Shown here in pieces: positions 37,982 through 46,233 of a stretch of DNA of 64,000 nt (its first letter is position 1; each line of letters begins with the position of its first letter). The notes below the pieces were generated by a model, which did not search any database, had not been told where the DNA came from, and saw only the letters and a program-made list of their open reading frames with translations. The stretch covers positions 11,696 to 75,695 of the forward strand of contig JANWJU010000081.1 in NCBI GenBank assembly GCA_025451775.1. Reading direction: 5' to 3'. This stretch comes from Terriglobales bacterium (lineage in GTDB: Bacteria > Acidobacteriota > Terriglobia > Terriglobales > SCQP01). The translations under genes were made by a program, and so were the position numbers.

Positions 37982-38247
37982 TGCCTCCGCGCCTTCGCCT
38001 CATCCATTTTCTGAAAGGACATGGCGCCTTCCGGCCTGCCACCTTCGTCCGCCATCCGCCAAAGGTCCTCCAGGTCATACGCAACCCGCTCGAGCTGAAC
38101 AGGTCCGGCCGCGGGTATGTTGAAACGGATGCGGCTGCCACTGTGGATGCCGAGGCGCCTGCGCAACTCACTGGGCAGAGTGACCTGCCCCTTGGATGTG
38201 ACCTTTGCTTCGACGGTGGTGGAGGCACGATGAGAAGTCGCAGCCAT
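37975..38247 (-). CDS. AbrB/MazE/SpoVT-family antitoxin
   Basis: AKVTSKGQVTLPSELRRRLGI..G; AAGGAGG RBS. Confidence 0.9.
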   Translation of the reverse strand: MAATSHRASTTVEAKVTSKGQVTLPSELRRRLGIHSGSRIRFNIPAAGPVQLERVAYDLEDLWRMADEGGRPEGAMSFQKMDEAKARRQW

Positions 38248-38260
38248 ACCAATGCTCTCC

Positions 38261-38289
38261 TCCTTACATTATATAATCATTTTCCTTAC
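38261..38289 (-). promoter_or_regulatory. TA promoter/operator: TATAAT flanked by GTAAGGA direct repeats
   Basis: TCCTTAC at 38261 and 38283 around the ATTATATAAT palindrome. Confidence 0.55.
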
Positions 38290-38487
38290 CACACGACCTG
38301 CTCGCGCACCTCCCGGGTGCGCAATGACGACCGCCTGCCCACGACGATGCGGCAGTGTCACACTACTGCTGAAGAGTCGCCGTCAGGATGCCGTTGGCGC
38401 ACGAGTGTCCAACTGCACGGGCTGACAGGGCCATCACATTTCCAACGTCTGCGCTTCCCGACAGCCGATGCCGGCGAAGCACCCTAA

Positions 38488-38977
38488 TCAGCGCACTCCC
38501 ATGGTGGAGTGCGCGGCCGACTTCCTCGAGTCCAGGAACCCGCGGATGGCAGCTACAGAAGCCTCTGAAAGGGATGGGTCTTGCGCAATTGTCTTCAAAG
38601 ACCTCTCGATGCCTATCAAGGACGGCGTAAGTTTGCTTTGTAGTTCGGATATGGCGTCCGATTAGGTCGGCGATGGACGCAATCACTCGCGGAATAGGCG
38701 CGATAGCGATCAGGATCAGCAGCGTGTACAATCCAGCCGTCAAGAGCGCGATCTGCACGGCATTGCCATAGGTTACGGGCCCGGGCTGGTGTGCGGCTTT
38801 GTAAAGTGCAAGCCCACCCCACGCGAACACCCCAACCTCAGCCAGAATGGCCAGGAGCCGTCGGACGTGCCGTTTTTGGTCCTCAACACTCGGGACCCAC
38901 TTGAAGTAAAACTGCGCCGCGATTGTCGCAATGAAGATTGCAAACGGTACGACTACCGTAGTGATCCAAAACGACAT
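38488..38977 (-). pseudogene. Hypothetical 3-TM membrane protein, apparently frameshifted near 38597-38599
   Basis: GGAGG RBS and three hydrophobic helices; removing one T of TTT gives the helical VLKTIAQDPSLSEASVAAIRGFL ending at TGA 38488, instead of an implausible tail to 38363. Confidence 0.5.
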
Positions 38978-39177
38978 CCCGCCCTCCGTGCTTCAAACGC
39001 GGAATGAGCTGAGGGACCGGACTGCATTCCCGATTCCAGTCCAATCATAGCGTGAGTGGCGCCGGGCTTTGCGAGAATGGGCAGTCAACTGGAACCTCTG
39101 TCAAATGCGGTGCCGGTCTTTCAGGGCGGGTCACTATCACCAGGTAACGGGAGCCGAAATGGCGCGCATGGGTTTTA

Positions 39178-39417
39178 TCACGAGTGTTTGTGGGCGAAGG
39201 CGTGGCCGGAGCCGGACTTGAGGTAGCGCTCGAAGGCGAGGGCGCGGAGGGGATCGGGAAAGGCGGCGTAGGCGGTGAGGCGCCAGGGCTTGCTATGGGC
39301 GGTGGTGGGGAGTTTGCCGCGGTTGTGTTCGGCCAGGCGGGAGCGGAGGTCGTGGGTGACGCCGATGTAATGGTGGGAGGGGTGGGGATGGGACTGGAGG
39401 AGGTAGACGTAGTGCAT
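39178..39417 (-). CDS. Small GIY-YIG nuclease family protein
   Basis: YVYLL..HYIG.T.DL..RL.EHN..PW.L..A..FERYLKSGSG. Confidence 0.9.
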   Translation of the reverse strand: MHYVYLLQSHPHPSHHYIGVTHDLRSRLAEHNRGKLPTTAHSKPWRLTAYAAFPDPLRALAFERYLKSGSGHAFAHKHS

Positions 39418-39504
39418 TCGGGCAGGTTAGAGGCGGGGGTAGGGACAGGTAGACCGCAGATGGGGGGGAGTCTTCGAGGCATACGGACACGACACCCTGA
39501 GACC

Positions 39505-39597
39505 GCCCTGCTTCGCCGGGGCAATTGGGGGGATAGGCGGGGATTGAGGGACGGGCGGCTGGGGGGGACGGGGCAGAAACTTGGGGCTTCGCAGGGC
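39505..39597 (-). repeat. Hairpin with symmetric GAA/GAA internal loop and C-rich insert
   Basis: Minus strand GCCCTGC-GAA-GCC ... GGC-GAA-GCAGGGC. Confidence 0.6.
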
Positions 39598-39627
39598 ACC
39601 ATTTTCGCGCGCCGCGCGAAAATGGTG
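39597..39627. repeat. Perfect 15-bp inverted repeat overlapping the tmRNA 3' end
   Basis: CACCATTTTCGCGCG-C-CGCGCGAAAATGGTG. Confidence 0.9.
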
Positions 39628-39988
39628 GAGGCGGTGGGAGTTGAACCCACGTCCGAAAGTGCTGCCGACAGGGAGAACTACGAGCGTATTTCGTTCCGAT
39701 ACTGCTCGCGCCGCACGGTCAGAACGAACAAGAGCCGCATGACGCTATCTCCTTGCCTCGTGAGAAGCTCTCGTCCATCCGCGCCGGAGCCCGCGCGGCG
39801 GACCAGCCTGCAAAAATGACGCCCACGCCGGACCTACAGGTGAATCCGGATGAACGACGCGAACCTAATTAGGCTGCGTATGCCAGTTGTTGAGTGTTGG
39901 CATTTTTAGGTTTCCATGCGGGTACAGGGGCATGGTGCCTGGCACGCCTCCCTATCTCATCCACTTCCGTCGAATCCGGGACGCCCCC
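39623..39988 (-). ncRNA. ssrA: tmRNA (transfer-messenger RNA); tag ANTQQLAYAA at 39901-39869
   Basis: 5' GGGGGCG..GGATTCGAC; 3' GGACGTGGGTTCAACTCCCACCGCCTCCACCA; G3-U acceptor pair; resume GCC AAC ... GCA GCC TAA. Confidence 0.96.
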
Positions 39989-40011
39989 AACTCGAAGAAG
40001 CTTCGCTTTTG

Positions 40012-40020
40012 ATTATAACA
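40012..40020 (-). promoter_or_regulatory. Extended -10 promoter of tmRNA
   Basis: Minus strand TGTTATAAT about 23 nt upstream of the mature 5' end. Confidence 0.6.
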
Positions 40021-40026
40021 GGCCAG

Positions 40027-40084
40027 TTGACAAGGGGGGCGGAGGGTCTTAGGCTGGTTGATCGGACAGCGAAAAAAAAGCGAA
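40027..40084 (+). promoter_or_regulatory. Sigma70 promoter of the imu cassette plus candidate SOS operator
   Basis: TTGACA-N17-TAGGCT, then GCGAA-N6-GCGAA direct repeat with 11-bp period at 40069-40084. Confidence 0.6.
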
Positions 40085-40085
40085 A

Positions 40086-40766
40086 GTGCAAGTGGAACAT
40101 AAGGTCAAAAAAGAGCTGGAGATGCTGTTACGGCGGCGGGGCTTGGGAGCCACCCTGGACCGGCACCGCACGCAGGGCGCGAGCGCGCCGGCGGGGGCGT
40201 GGGATGAACTGCGGGGCGGCACCATCACCGAGATCGTGCCTGAAGCACGGGACGCGGCGGGGGTGACGAGCCTGGCTCTGTACCTCACGGCTCGGCATGG
40301 AGGGGACGAATGGCGGGCGTGGGTCGATCCACAGGACCGGTTCGATCCAGATTCGGCCGAACGGGCGGGGCTGAAACTCGACAACGTGCTGTGGTTGCGA
40401 GGCGGCACGGCGGAGATGGCGCTGGAAGGGGCGCAGCAGATCGTCCAAGCGGGGCGGTTCCGGGTGGTGGTGATCGATTTTCTGGAGCAGGAGAAGGCGG
40501 GGCGGCTGGCGCGTGCGGTGTGGTTCCGGCTGCTGCGGGCGGTGGAACGGGAGGGGCAGGCGAGCGTGCTGGTGCTGGGAACGCAGCCGCTCCCTGGCAC
40601 CTTCGCGGAGCGGGTGCTGGCGGTGGGGTACGAGTCGACGCGGTGGGTGGGGAGCGGTTATGTGCGGTTAGCAGGGGTACGGATGCGGGTGCAGACGGTG
40701 GGGGCACGGCGAGGGCCGGAGAGCGAGCGGCGGGCGGCGGTGAGATCGGAGGAGTTCGTGGCATGA
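40086..40766 (+). CDS. imuA: ImuA-like RecA-fold protein
   Basis: LRGGTITEI..GVTSLAL (degenerate Walker A), AWVDP.D.FDP.SA..AG, VVVIDF; first gene of the imuB/dnaE2 operon. Confidence 0.8.
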   Translation: MQVEHKVKKELEMLLRRRGLGATLDRHRTQGASAPAGAWDELRGGTITEIVPEARDAAGVTSLALYLTARHGGDEWRAWVDPQDRFDPDSAERAGLKLDNVLWLRGGTAEMALEGAQQIVQAGRFRVVVIDFLEQEKAGRLARAVWFRLLRAVEREGQASVLVLGTQPLPGTFAERVLAVGYESTRWVGSGYVRLAGVRMRVQTVGARRGPESERRAAVRSEEFVA

Positions 40767-42244
40767 GCGGGTTTTTGGCAGCCTGGGTGCCAGCGTTTGC
40801 CTTACAGGCTGCGGGTGGATTGGGCCCGCATCCGGCGGCGGCGTGGGAGCGGCAGGGGGTGTTGGAGCTGGTGGTGAGCGCCAATCCCGGGGCGCGCGCG
40901 GCGGGGGTGCGCACGGGGATGGCGGTGGCGGAGGCGCAGGGGCGGTGTCCACAACTGCAGTTGTGGCGGCGGGATGCCAGGGGCGAGCAGACGCTGGCGG
41001 CGCGGCTATGGGAAGAAGCGGGGAGGATTTCGCCACGGGTGCAGGCGGTGGGTCCGGATTTGGTGGTGATCGATTGCACCGGCGTGGAACGTCTGCAGGG
41101 GACGGCAGAGGCGGCGGGAAGGCGGCTGGCGGAGGCGATGGCCCAGGGAGGATGGCGCGTGCGCCTCGGCACCGGCGCACACGCCACGGCGGCGCTGCTC
41201 GCGGTCAAAAGCGGGCTGGGGCGGATTGCGCCGGGCCAGGAGCAGGCCACGCTGGCGGCGCTGCCGGTGACGTATTTGCGTAATGGCATCTCCAAGCTGC
41301 CTGCAGATGAGGGCACGGAAGAAGTGCTGCGGGTGCTGGAGGGGTGGGGGGTGCGGACGCTGGGGGCGTTCGCCGCCCTGCCGGCGGCGGAGGTTGCGGC
41401 GCGGATGGGGGCGGTGGGCGTCCGGCTGCACAGCGCCGCACGGGGAGAGGCGGCGGAGCGGTTCGAGGCGGCGGCCGAGCCGGGGCGGGTTCTGGAATGC
41501 CATGAGGTTTTGGATCCGCCGATTAACGACGGGGAGAGAATGCGGGCGGCATTGGAGCGGGCGGTGGCGGGGCTGCGAGTGGAACTGGAACGGCAGGACC
41601 GGGTGGTGGAGCATGGCACGGTGCGGCTCCAACGCGACCGCGGGGGAGTGGCGGAATATGAGCGTTCGTTTGCGGTGCCGACGCGGGATGGCCGGGCACT
41701 GGTGGAGCAGTTGCTGCATGTAATCGAGCAGCAGCCGCCGGGGGGGTGGATCGAACGGTTGCAACTGCAATTGCGATTGACGCGGGCGCGGCGGGTGCAG
41801 GGGCATTTGTTCGCGACCGCAGTGGTGGAGAAGGAGAAGACGGCGCGGCTGCTGGAGCGGCTGGGGGCGATCTGGAATGGAGAAGGCGTGGGGACAGCGC
41901 AGAGGATGGATACGTATCGTTCGGGAGCCTTTGAGATGCGACCTTTTGCGCCCTCTGATCACGAGGTGGCGCGCCACTTTTCAGAAGAACGGGAGGACGC
42001 ACCGCGATTGAGCCTCCGGCGGTTCCGTCCGCCCAAGCGGTGGCAGGCGGGGATGGGAGAGATTGTGCGGCGCGCGGGGCCATGGCGCAGCCGGGGAGGG
42101 TGGTGGCGAAAGGCGGGAGAAGGCTGGGCCGAGGACGAGTGGGACGCCGAGATCCGGTTTCCAGGGCGGAAGCAGAGCGGGTTGTACCGGCTACGGCATG
42201 ACCTGGAGGGGGGAGGCTGGTACATTGCCGGTCAGTACGATTGA
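40763..42244 (+). CDS. imuB: ImuB, inactive Y-family polymerase
   Basis: ARAAGVRTGMAVAEA..CP; WGVRTLG.FAALP; clamp motif QGHLF; GPWR..GGWW..DEWD..YD tail; no catalytic Asp at the N terminus. Confidence 0.85.
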   Translation: MSGFLAAWVPAFALQAAGGLGPHPAAAWERQGVLELVVSANPGARAAGVRTGMAVAEAQGRCPQLQLWRRDARGEQTLAARLWEEAGRISPRVQAVGPDLVVIDCTGVERLQGTAEAAGRRLAEAMAQGGWRVRLGTGAHATAALLAVKSGLGRIAPGQEQATLAALPVTYLRNGISKLPADEGTEEVLRVLEGWGVRTLGAFAALPAAEVAARMGAVGVRLHSAARGEAAERFEAAAEPGRVLECHEVLDPPINDGERMRAALERAVAGLRVELERQDRVVEHGTVRLQRDRGGVAEYERSFAVPTRDGRALVEQLLHVIEQQPPGGWIERLQLQLRLTRARRVQGHLFATAVVEKEKTARLLERLGAIWNGEGVGTAQRMDTYRSGAFEMRPFAPSDHEVARHFSEEREDAPRLSLRRFRPPKRWQAGMGEIVRRAGPWRSRGGWWRKAGEGWAEDEWDAEIRFPGRKQSGLYRLRHDLEGGGWYIAGQYD

Positions 42245-42269
42245 TGGGTGGGTGGAGGAGATCACAACC

Positions 42270-42950
42270 ATGTGCGGACGATTCACGTTGACGCGGCCGG
42301 TGGATGAGATCACGCGGCATTTTGGGACGGAGGCGGTCCAGGGAGCTAGCGGGCAAGCCCGCTACAACATCGCTCCGACGCAAAACATCTACGCGGTCCG
42401 CGGCAACGGCAGGAGAACGTTAAGCGAGCTGCGGTGGGGACTGATTCCAGGTTGGAGCCGGGACGGCAAGATGAAGTCGCTGCTCATCAACGCCCGGGCG
42501 GAGACGCTTACCGAGAAGCCGGCGTTTCGTGAGTGCGTGGCCACGCGGCGATGCCTGATACCCGCGGATGGGTTCTATGAATGGACCCACGCGCCCGGCG
42601 GGGGGAAGAAGCAGCCGTGGCATATCGGGCTCCAGGACAGTTCCCTGTTTGCGTTTGCCGGATTGTGGGACCGCTGGCAGGGGATCGAGAGCTGCACCAT
42701 CATTACCACCCGTGCCAACGAAGCCGTGGCGAAGCTGCATGACCGGATGCCGGTGATTGTGCCGTCCGCCGGCTACGATGCCTGGCTGGAGGCCGCCGTG
42801 CGCGAGGCGCTGGCGCTGCTGCAGGCGTATCCGGCGGAGGAGATGCGGATGTATCCGGTCTCGGGGCTGGTGTCGGGAACGAAGAACGATGAGCCGGCGT
42901 GCCGGGAGCCGTTGCGGGTGAGCCAGGCGCCCCCACCATTGAGGTTCTGA
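42270..42950 (+). CDS. SOS response-associated peptidase (SRAP/YedK/HMCES abasic-site protein)
   Basis: MCGRF, RYNIAPTQ, INARAE, DGFYEW, HDRMP; GGAGG RBS. Confidence 0.93.
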   Translation: MCGRFTLTRPVDEITRHFGTEAVQGASGQARYNIAPTQNIYAVRGNGRRTLSELRWGLIPGWSRDGKMKSLLINARAETLTEKPAFRECVATRRCLIPADGFYEWTHAPGGGKKQPWHIGLQDSSLFAFAGLWDRWQGIESCTIITTRANEAVAKLHDRMPVIVPSAGYDAWLEAAVREALALLQAYPAEEMRMYPVSGLVSGTKNDEPACREPLRVSQAPPPLRF

Positions 42951-42951
42951 G

Positions 42952-45900
42952 ATGAGTGCTTACGTGGAGCTGCGGGCGCGGAGTGCTTTCAGCTTTCTCG
43001 AGGGGGCCAGCGCGCCGGAGACCGTGGCGGAGGTGGGTGCGGAACTGGGGATGGCGGCCATGGCGCTGGTGGACCGGGGCGGGGTGTACGGGGCGCCGCG
43101 GTTCCACAAAGCGATGCGGCAGCTGGGGCTGCGGCCCATTGTGGGAGCGGAAATTCCACTCGACGACGGCACGCGGCTACCGTTACTGGCGGAGAACCGC
43201 GCCGGGTACAACAACCTGTGCCGGCTGCTGAGCCAGATGCATCTGCGCGCGCGTCCCGCTTGCGGGCAGGCCGGGCCGGGGTCCCCATTCGCCCCAACCC
43301 GGCCTGCCCGCAAGGGGGAGGGGCGCTGCCGGTTGGAGGAAGTCGAGGAGTTCAGCCCGGGGTTGGTGTGCCTGACCGGGGGCGATAGTGGGCCGCTGGC
43401 GGCGGCGGTGGGGCGGGGCGAGGGCCGGGATGTGCTGGAACGGCTCACGCACTGGTTTGGGCGGGGGCAGGTGTACGTGGAGATCTCGCGGCATTACCTC
43501 GATCCGCAGGAGCGGCTGAACGCCCGCATGCGGGAACTGGCGGATGCGATGCAACTGCCGGTGGTGGCCACCAATGCAGTGCAGTACGCACGGCGGGAGG
43601 CGAAGCCGGTGGCGGATGTGTTCGCATGCCTGCGCCACCGGGTGCGGCTGGATACGGCGGGACGGCGGCTGGAGGCCAACGCCGAGCGCTTCCTGAAATC
43701 TCCGGCGGCGATGGCGCGGCTGTTCCGAGATTATCCGGCAGCGATCGCGCACACTGCCGAGGTGGCGGAGAAGCTGCAGTTCCAGCTCGATGATCTGGGC
43801 TACCGCTTTCCGCGGGCGGCGGTGCCGGAGGGGGAGACGGCGGCGGCGCATCTGCGGCAGCGGGTGGAGCGGGGGGCGATGCGGAGGTATGGGAGCAACA
43901 GGAAGGGGGGCAACGGAAGTCTGGCGGAGCGGGCGCGGCGGCAGATCGAGCGGGAGCTGCAATTAATCGAGAAGCTGGGGCTCGAGGGGTACTTCCTAAT
44001 CGTGGATGACATTGTGGAGTTTTGCCGCCAGGAAGGGATTTTGGCGCAGGGGCGGGGCTCGGCGGCGAACAGCGCGGTGTGCTACAGCCTGGGTATTACC
44101 GCGGTTGATCCGGTGGGAATGGAACTGCTGTTTGAGCGGTTCCTGTCGGAGGAGCGGGGGGAGTGGCCGGATATCGACATCGATCTGCCGAGCGGGGCGC
44201 GGCGGGAGCGGGTGATTCAGCACCTGTACGAGCGCTACGGGCCGCACGGGGCGGCGATGACGGCGAACGTGATCACCTACCGGGGGCGGAGCGCGGCACG
44301 GGAAATGGGCAAGGTGCTGGACCTGGCCGACGAGACGGTTGCCCGGCTGCTGCACGCGATCGCGCGGATGGAAGCGGGCGCGACGCAGGCGGAGGCACTG
44401 AGCAACGCCGGGGTGGATGCGCAGCATCCGCGGGTACGGCATTTTTTGAATCTGTGCCGGGCGGTGCAGGATTTGCCGCGGCACCTGGGGCAGCACTCGG
44501 GAGGGATGATTTTCTCGGACTCCCGGCTGGACAGCATTGTTCCACTAGAGAACGCGAGCATGGACGATCGGGTGGTGGTGCAGTGGGACAAGGATGATTG
44601 CGCCGACTTGGGGATTATCAAAGTCGACCTGCTGGGGCTGGGGATGATGGCGGTACTGCAGGACGCGATGGAGCAGTTGCGGCCTCCGGGGGTAGCGGTT
44701 AACTCGGCCGAGGCGCTGGATTTGGCGCAGTTCCCTGCCGAGGATCCGGCGGTGTACGCGATGCTGCGGCGGGCGGACACGATTGGGGTGTTCCAGGTGG
44801 AGAGCCGGGCGCAGATGGCGACGCTGCCGCGGCTGCAGCCGCGGACGTTTTACGATCTGGTGGTGGAGGTGGGGTTGATCCGTCCGGGCCCGGTGGCGGG
44901 AAAGATGGTGCATCCGTATCTGGAGCGGCGGGCGGGGCGGCAGGCGGTGAGTTATCCGCACCCGGTGCTAGAGCCGATTCTGAAGCGGACCCTGGGGGTG
45001 CCGCTGTTTCAGGAACAGCTATTGCGGATGGCGATGGCAGCGGCGGGGTTCAGCGGCGGGGAGGCGGAGGAGCTGCGGCGGGCGTTTGGGTTCAAGCGGG
45101 CGGAAGCGAAGATGAGCACGGTGGAAGCGAAGCTGCGCGCCGGGATGGCGGGGCGCGGGATCACGGGGGAGGCGGCGGAGACGATTGCGGGGTTTGTGAC
45201 ATCGTTCGCGCTGTACGGGTTTCCGGAGTCGCACGCGGCGAGCTTCGCGCTGCTGGTGTATGCGTCGGCGTATTTGAAGGTCCACCATCCGGCGGAGTTT
45301 TACGCGGCGTTGCTGAACAACCAGCCCATGGGGTTTTATTCGCCCGCCACGCTGGTGCAGGATGCGCAGCGGCACGGGGTCGAGATGCTGCCAGTGGCGG
45401 TGGAGGATTCCGATTGGGAGTGCACCGTGGTGGGGCGGCGGCCGCCGGTGGTGCGGCTGGGGTTGCGGTACGCGGTGGGGTTGGGGCAGGAAAGCGGGGA
45501 GCGGATTGCGGCGGAGCGGCGGCGGGGGCGGTTCACGTCGCTGGACGATCTCCGGCGGCGGACGGGGATGCATAAGAGCGAAGCGCGGCTGCTGGGGGAG
45601 TTGGGGGGGCTGCCGGGCGCGGAGCGACGGGAGGCGCTGTGGCAAGTGGAGCGGGCGTGGCGGCCGGCGGGGCCATTGTATGAGGAAGATGCGGCAGCAA
45701 GCGCCAGCCCCTTAACCGCGATGAGCACCAAGGAGATGATGCAGGCGGATTTCCAGCGCTCGGGGCTGACGCTAGGGCCGCATCCGTTCGCCCTGCGGCG
45801 GCGGGAGTTGGAGCGGCAAGGCGTGCGGACGGCAGCCGAGATCCGGGCCATGAGTTCAGGGCGGCGGGTGGCGGTAGCGGGGATGGTGCTGGCCCGGCAG

Positions 45901-46143
45901 CGTCCGGGAACGGCCAAGGGCATCGTCTTCATGAGCCTGGAGGACGAGAGCGGGATCGCCAACATCATCGTGCCCAGCCGGACGTTCGAGGAACAGCGGT
46001 GGGTGTGCGTATCGGAGCGGGCGCTGTGGGTGGAGGGGGTGCTGCAGAACCGCGAGGGGGTGGTGCACGTCAAAGCGGAACGGATTTTACCGGTGCCGGA
46101 TTCCGAGGCGCTGCCGCTCGGGAGCGCTTACGATTTTCATTAA
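42952..46143 (+). CDS. dnaE2: Error-prone DNA polymerase DnaE2 (ImuC)
   Basis: SAFSFLEGAS, GRGSAANSAVCY, PDIDID, YGFPESHAASF, RQRPGTAKG; C-terminal YDFH. Confidence 0.96.
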   Translation: MSAYVELRARSAFSFLEGASAPETVAEVGAELGMAAMALVDRGGVYGAPRFHKAMRQLGLRPIVGAEIPLDDGTRLPLLAENRAGYNNLCRLLSQMHLRARPACGQAGPGSPFAPTRPARKGEGRCRLEEVEEFSPGLVCLTGGDSGPLAAAVGRGEGRDVLERLTHWFGRGQVYVEISRHYLDPQERLNARMRELADAMQLPVVATNAVQYARREAKPVADVFACLRHRVRLDTAGRRLEANAERFLKSPAAMARLFRDYPAAIAHTAEVAEKLQFQLDDLGYRFPRAAVPEGETAAAHLRQRVERGAMRRYGSNRKGGNGSLAERARRQIERELQLIEKLGLEGYFLIVDDIVEFCRQEGILAQGRGSAANSAVCYSLGITAVDPVGMELLFERFLSEERGEWPDIDIDLPSGARRERVIQHLYERYGPHGAAMTANVITYRGRSAAREMGKVLDLADETVARLLHAIARMEAGATQAEALSNAGVDAQHPRVRHFLNLCRAVQDLPRHLGQHSGGMIFSDSRLDSIVPLENASMDDRVVVQWDKDDCADLGIIKVDLLGLGMMAVLQDAMEQLRPPGVAVNSAEALDLAQFPAEDPAVYAMLRRADTIGVFQVESRAQMATLPRLQPRTFYDLVVEVGLIRPGPVAGKMVHPYLERRAGRQAVSYPHPVLEPILKRTLGVPLFQEQLLRMAMAAAGFSGGEAEELRRAFGFKRAEAKMSTVEAKLRAGMAGRGITGEAAETIAGFVTSFALYGFPESHAASFALLVYASAYLKVHHPAEFYAALLNNQPMGFYSPATLVQDAQRHGVEMLPVAVEDSDWECTVVGRRPPVVRLGLRYAVGLGQESGERIAAERRRGRFTSLDDLRRRTGMHKSEARLLGELGGLPGAERREALWQVERAWRPAGPLYEEDAAASASPLTAMSTKEMMQADFQRSGLTLGPHPFALRRRELERQGVRTAAEIRAMSSGRRVAVAGMVLARQRPGTAKGIVFMSLEDESGIANIIVPSRTFEEQRWVCVSERALWVEGVLQNREGVVHVKAERILPVPDSEALPLGSAYDFH

Positions 46144-46195
46144 GTGGCTCGCCACTTTTCGCTGGGTCGCTGCCGCAGGTCGCTTGAGGGCGGGC
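46144..46195 (+). repeat. Dispersed REP/MITE-like repeat, copy B (block 1)
   Basis: GTGGCTCGCCACTTTTCGCTGGGTCGCTGCCGCAGGTCGCTTGAGGGCGGGC directly after the dnaE2 TAA. Confidence 0.8.
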
Positions 46196-46233
46196 CTCGG
46201 CCGCCTCGATGCGACTATGATACGAACTGCGCC

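Noticed and set aside
38218-38227. TGGTGGAGGC match to the tmRNA 3' end as an att site
   Set aside because: Only about 10 bp long and inside the antitoxin coding sequence; compatible with chance.
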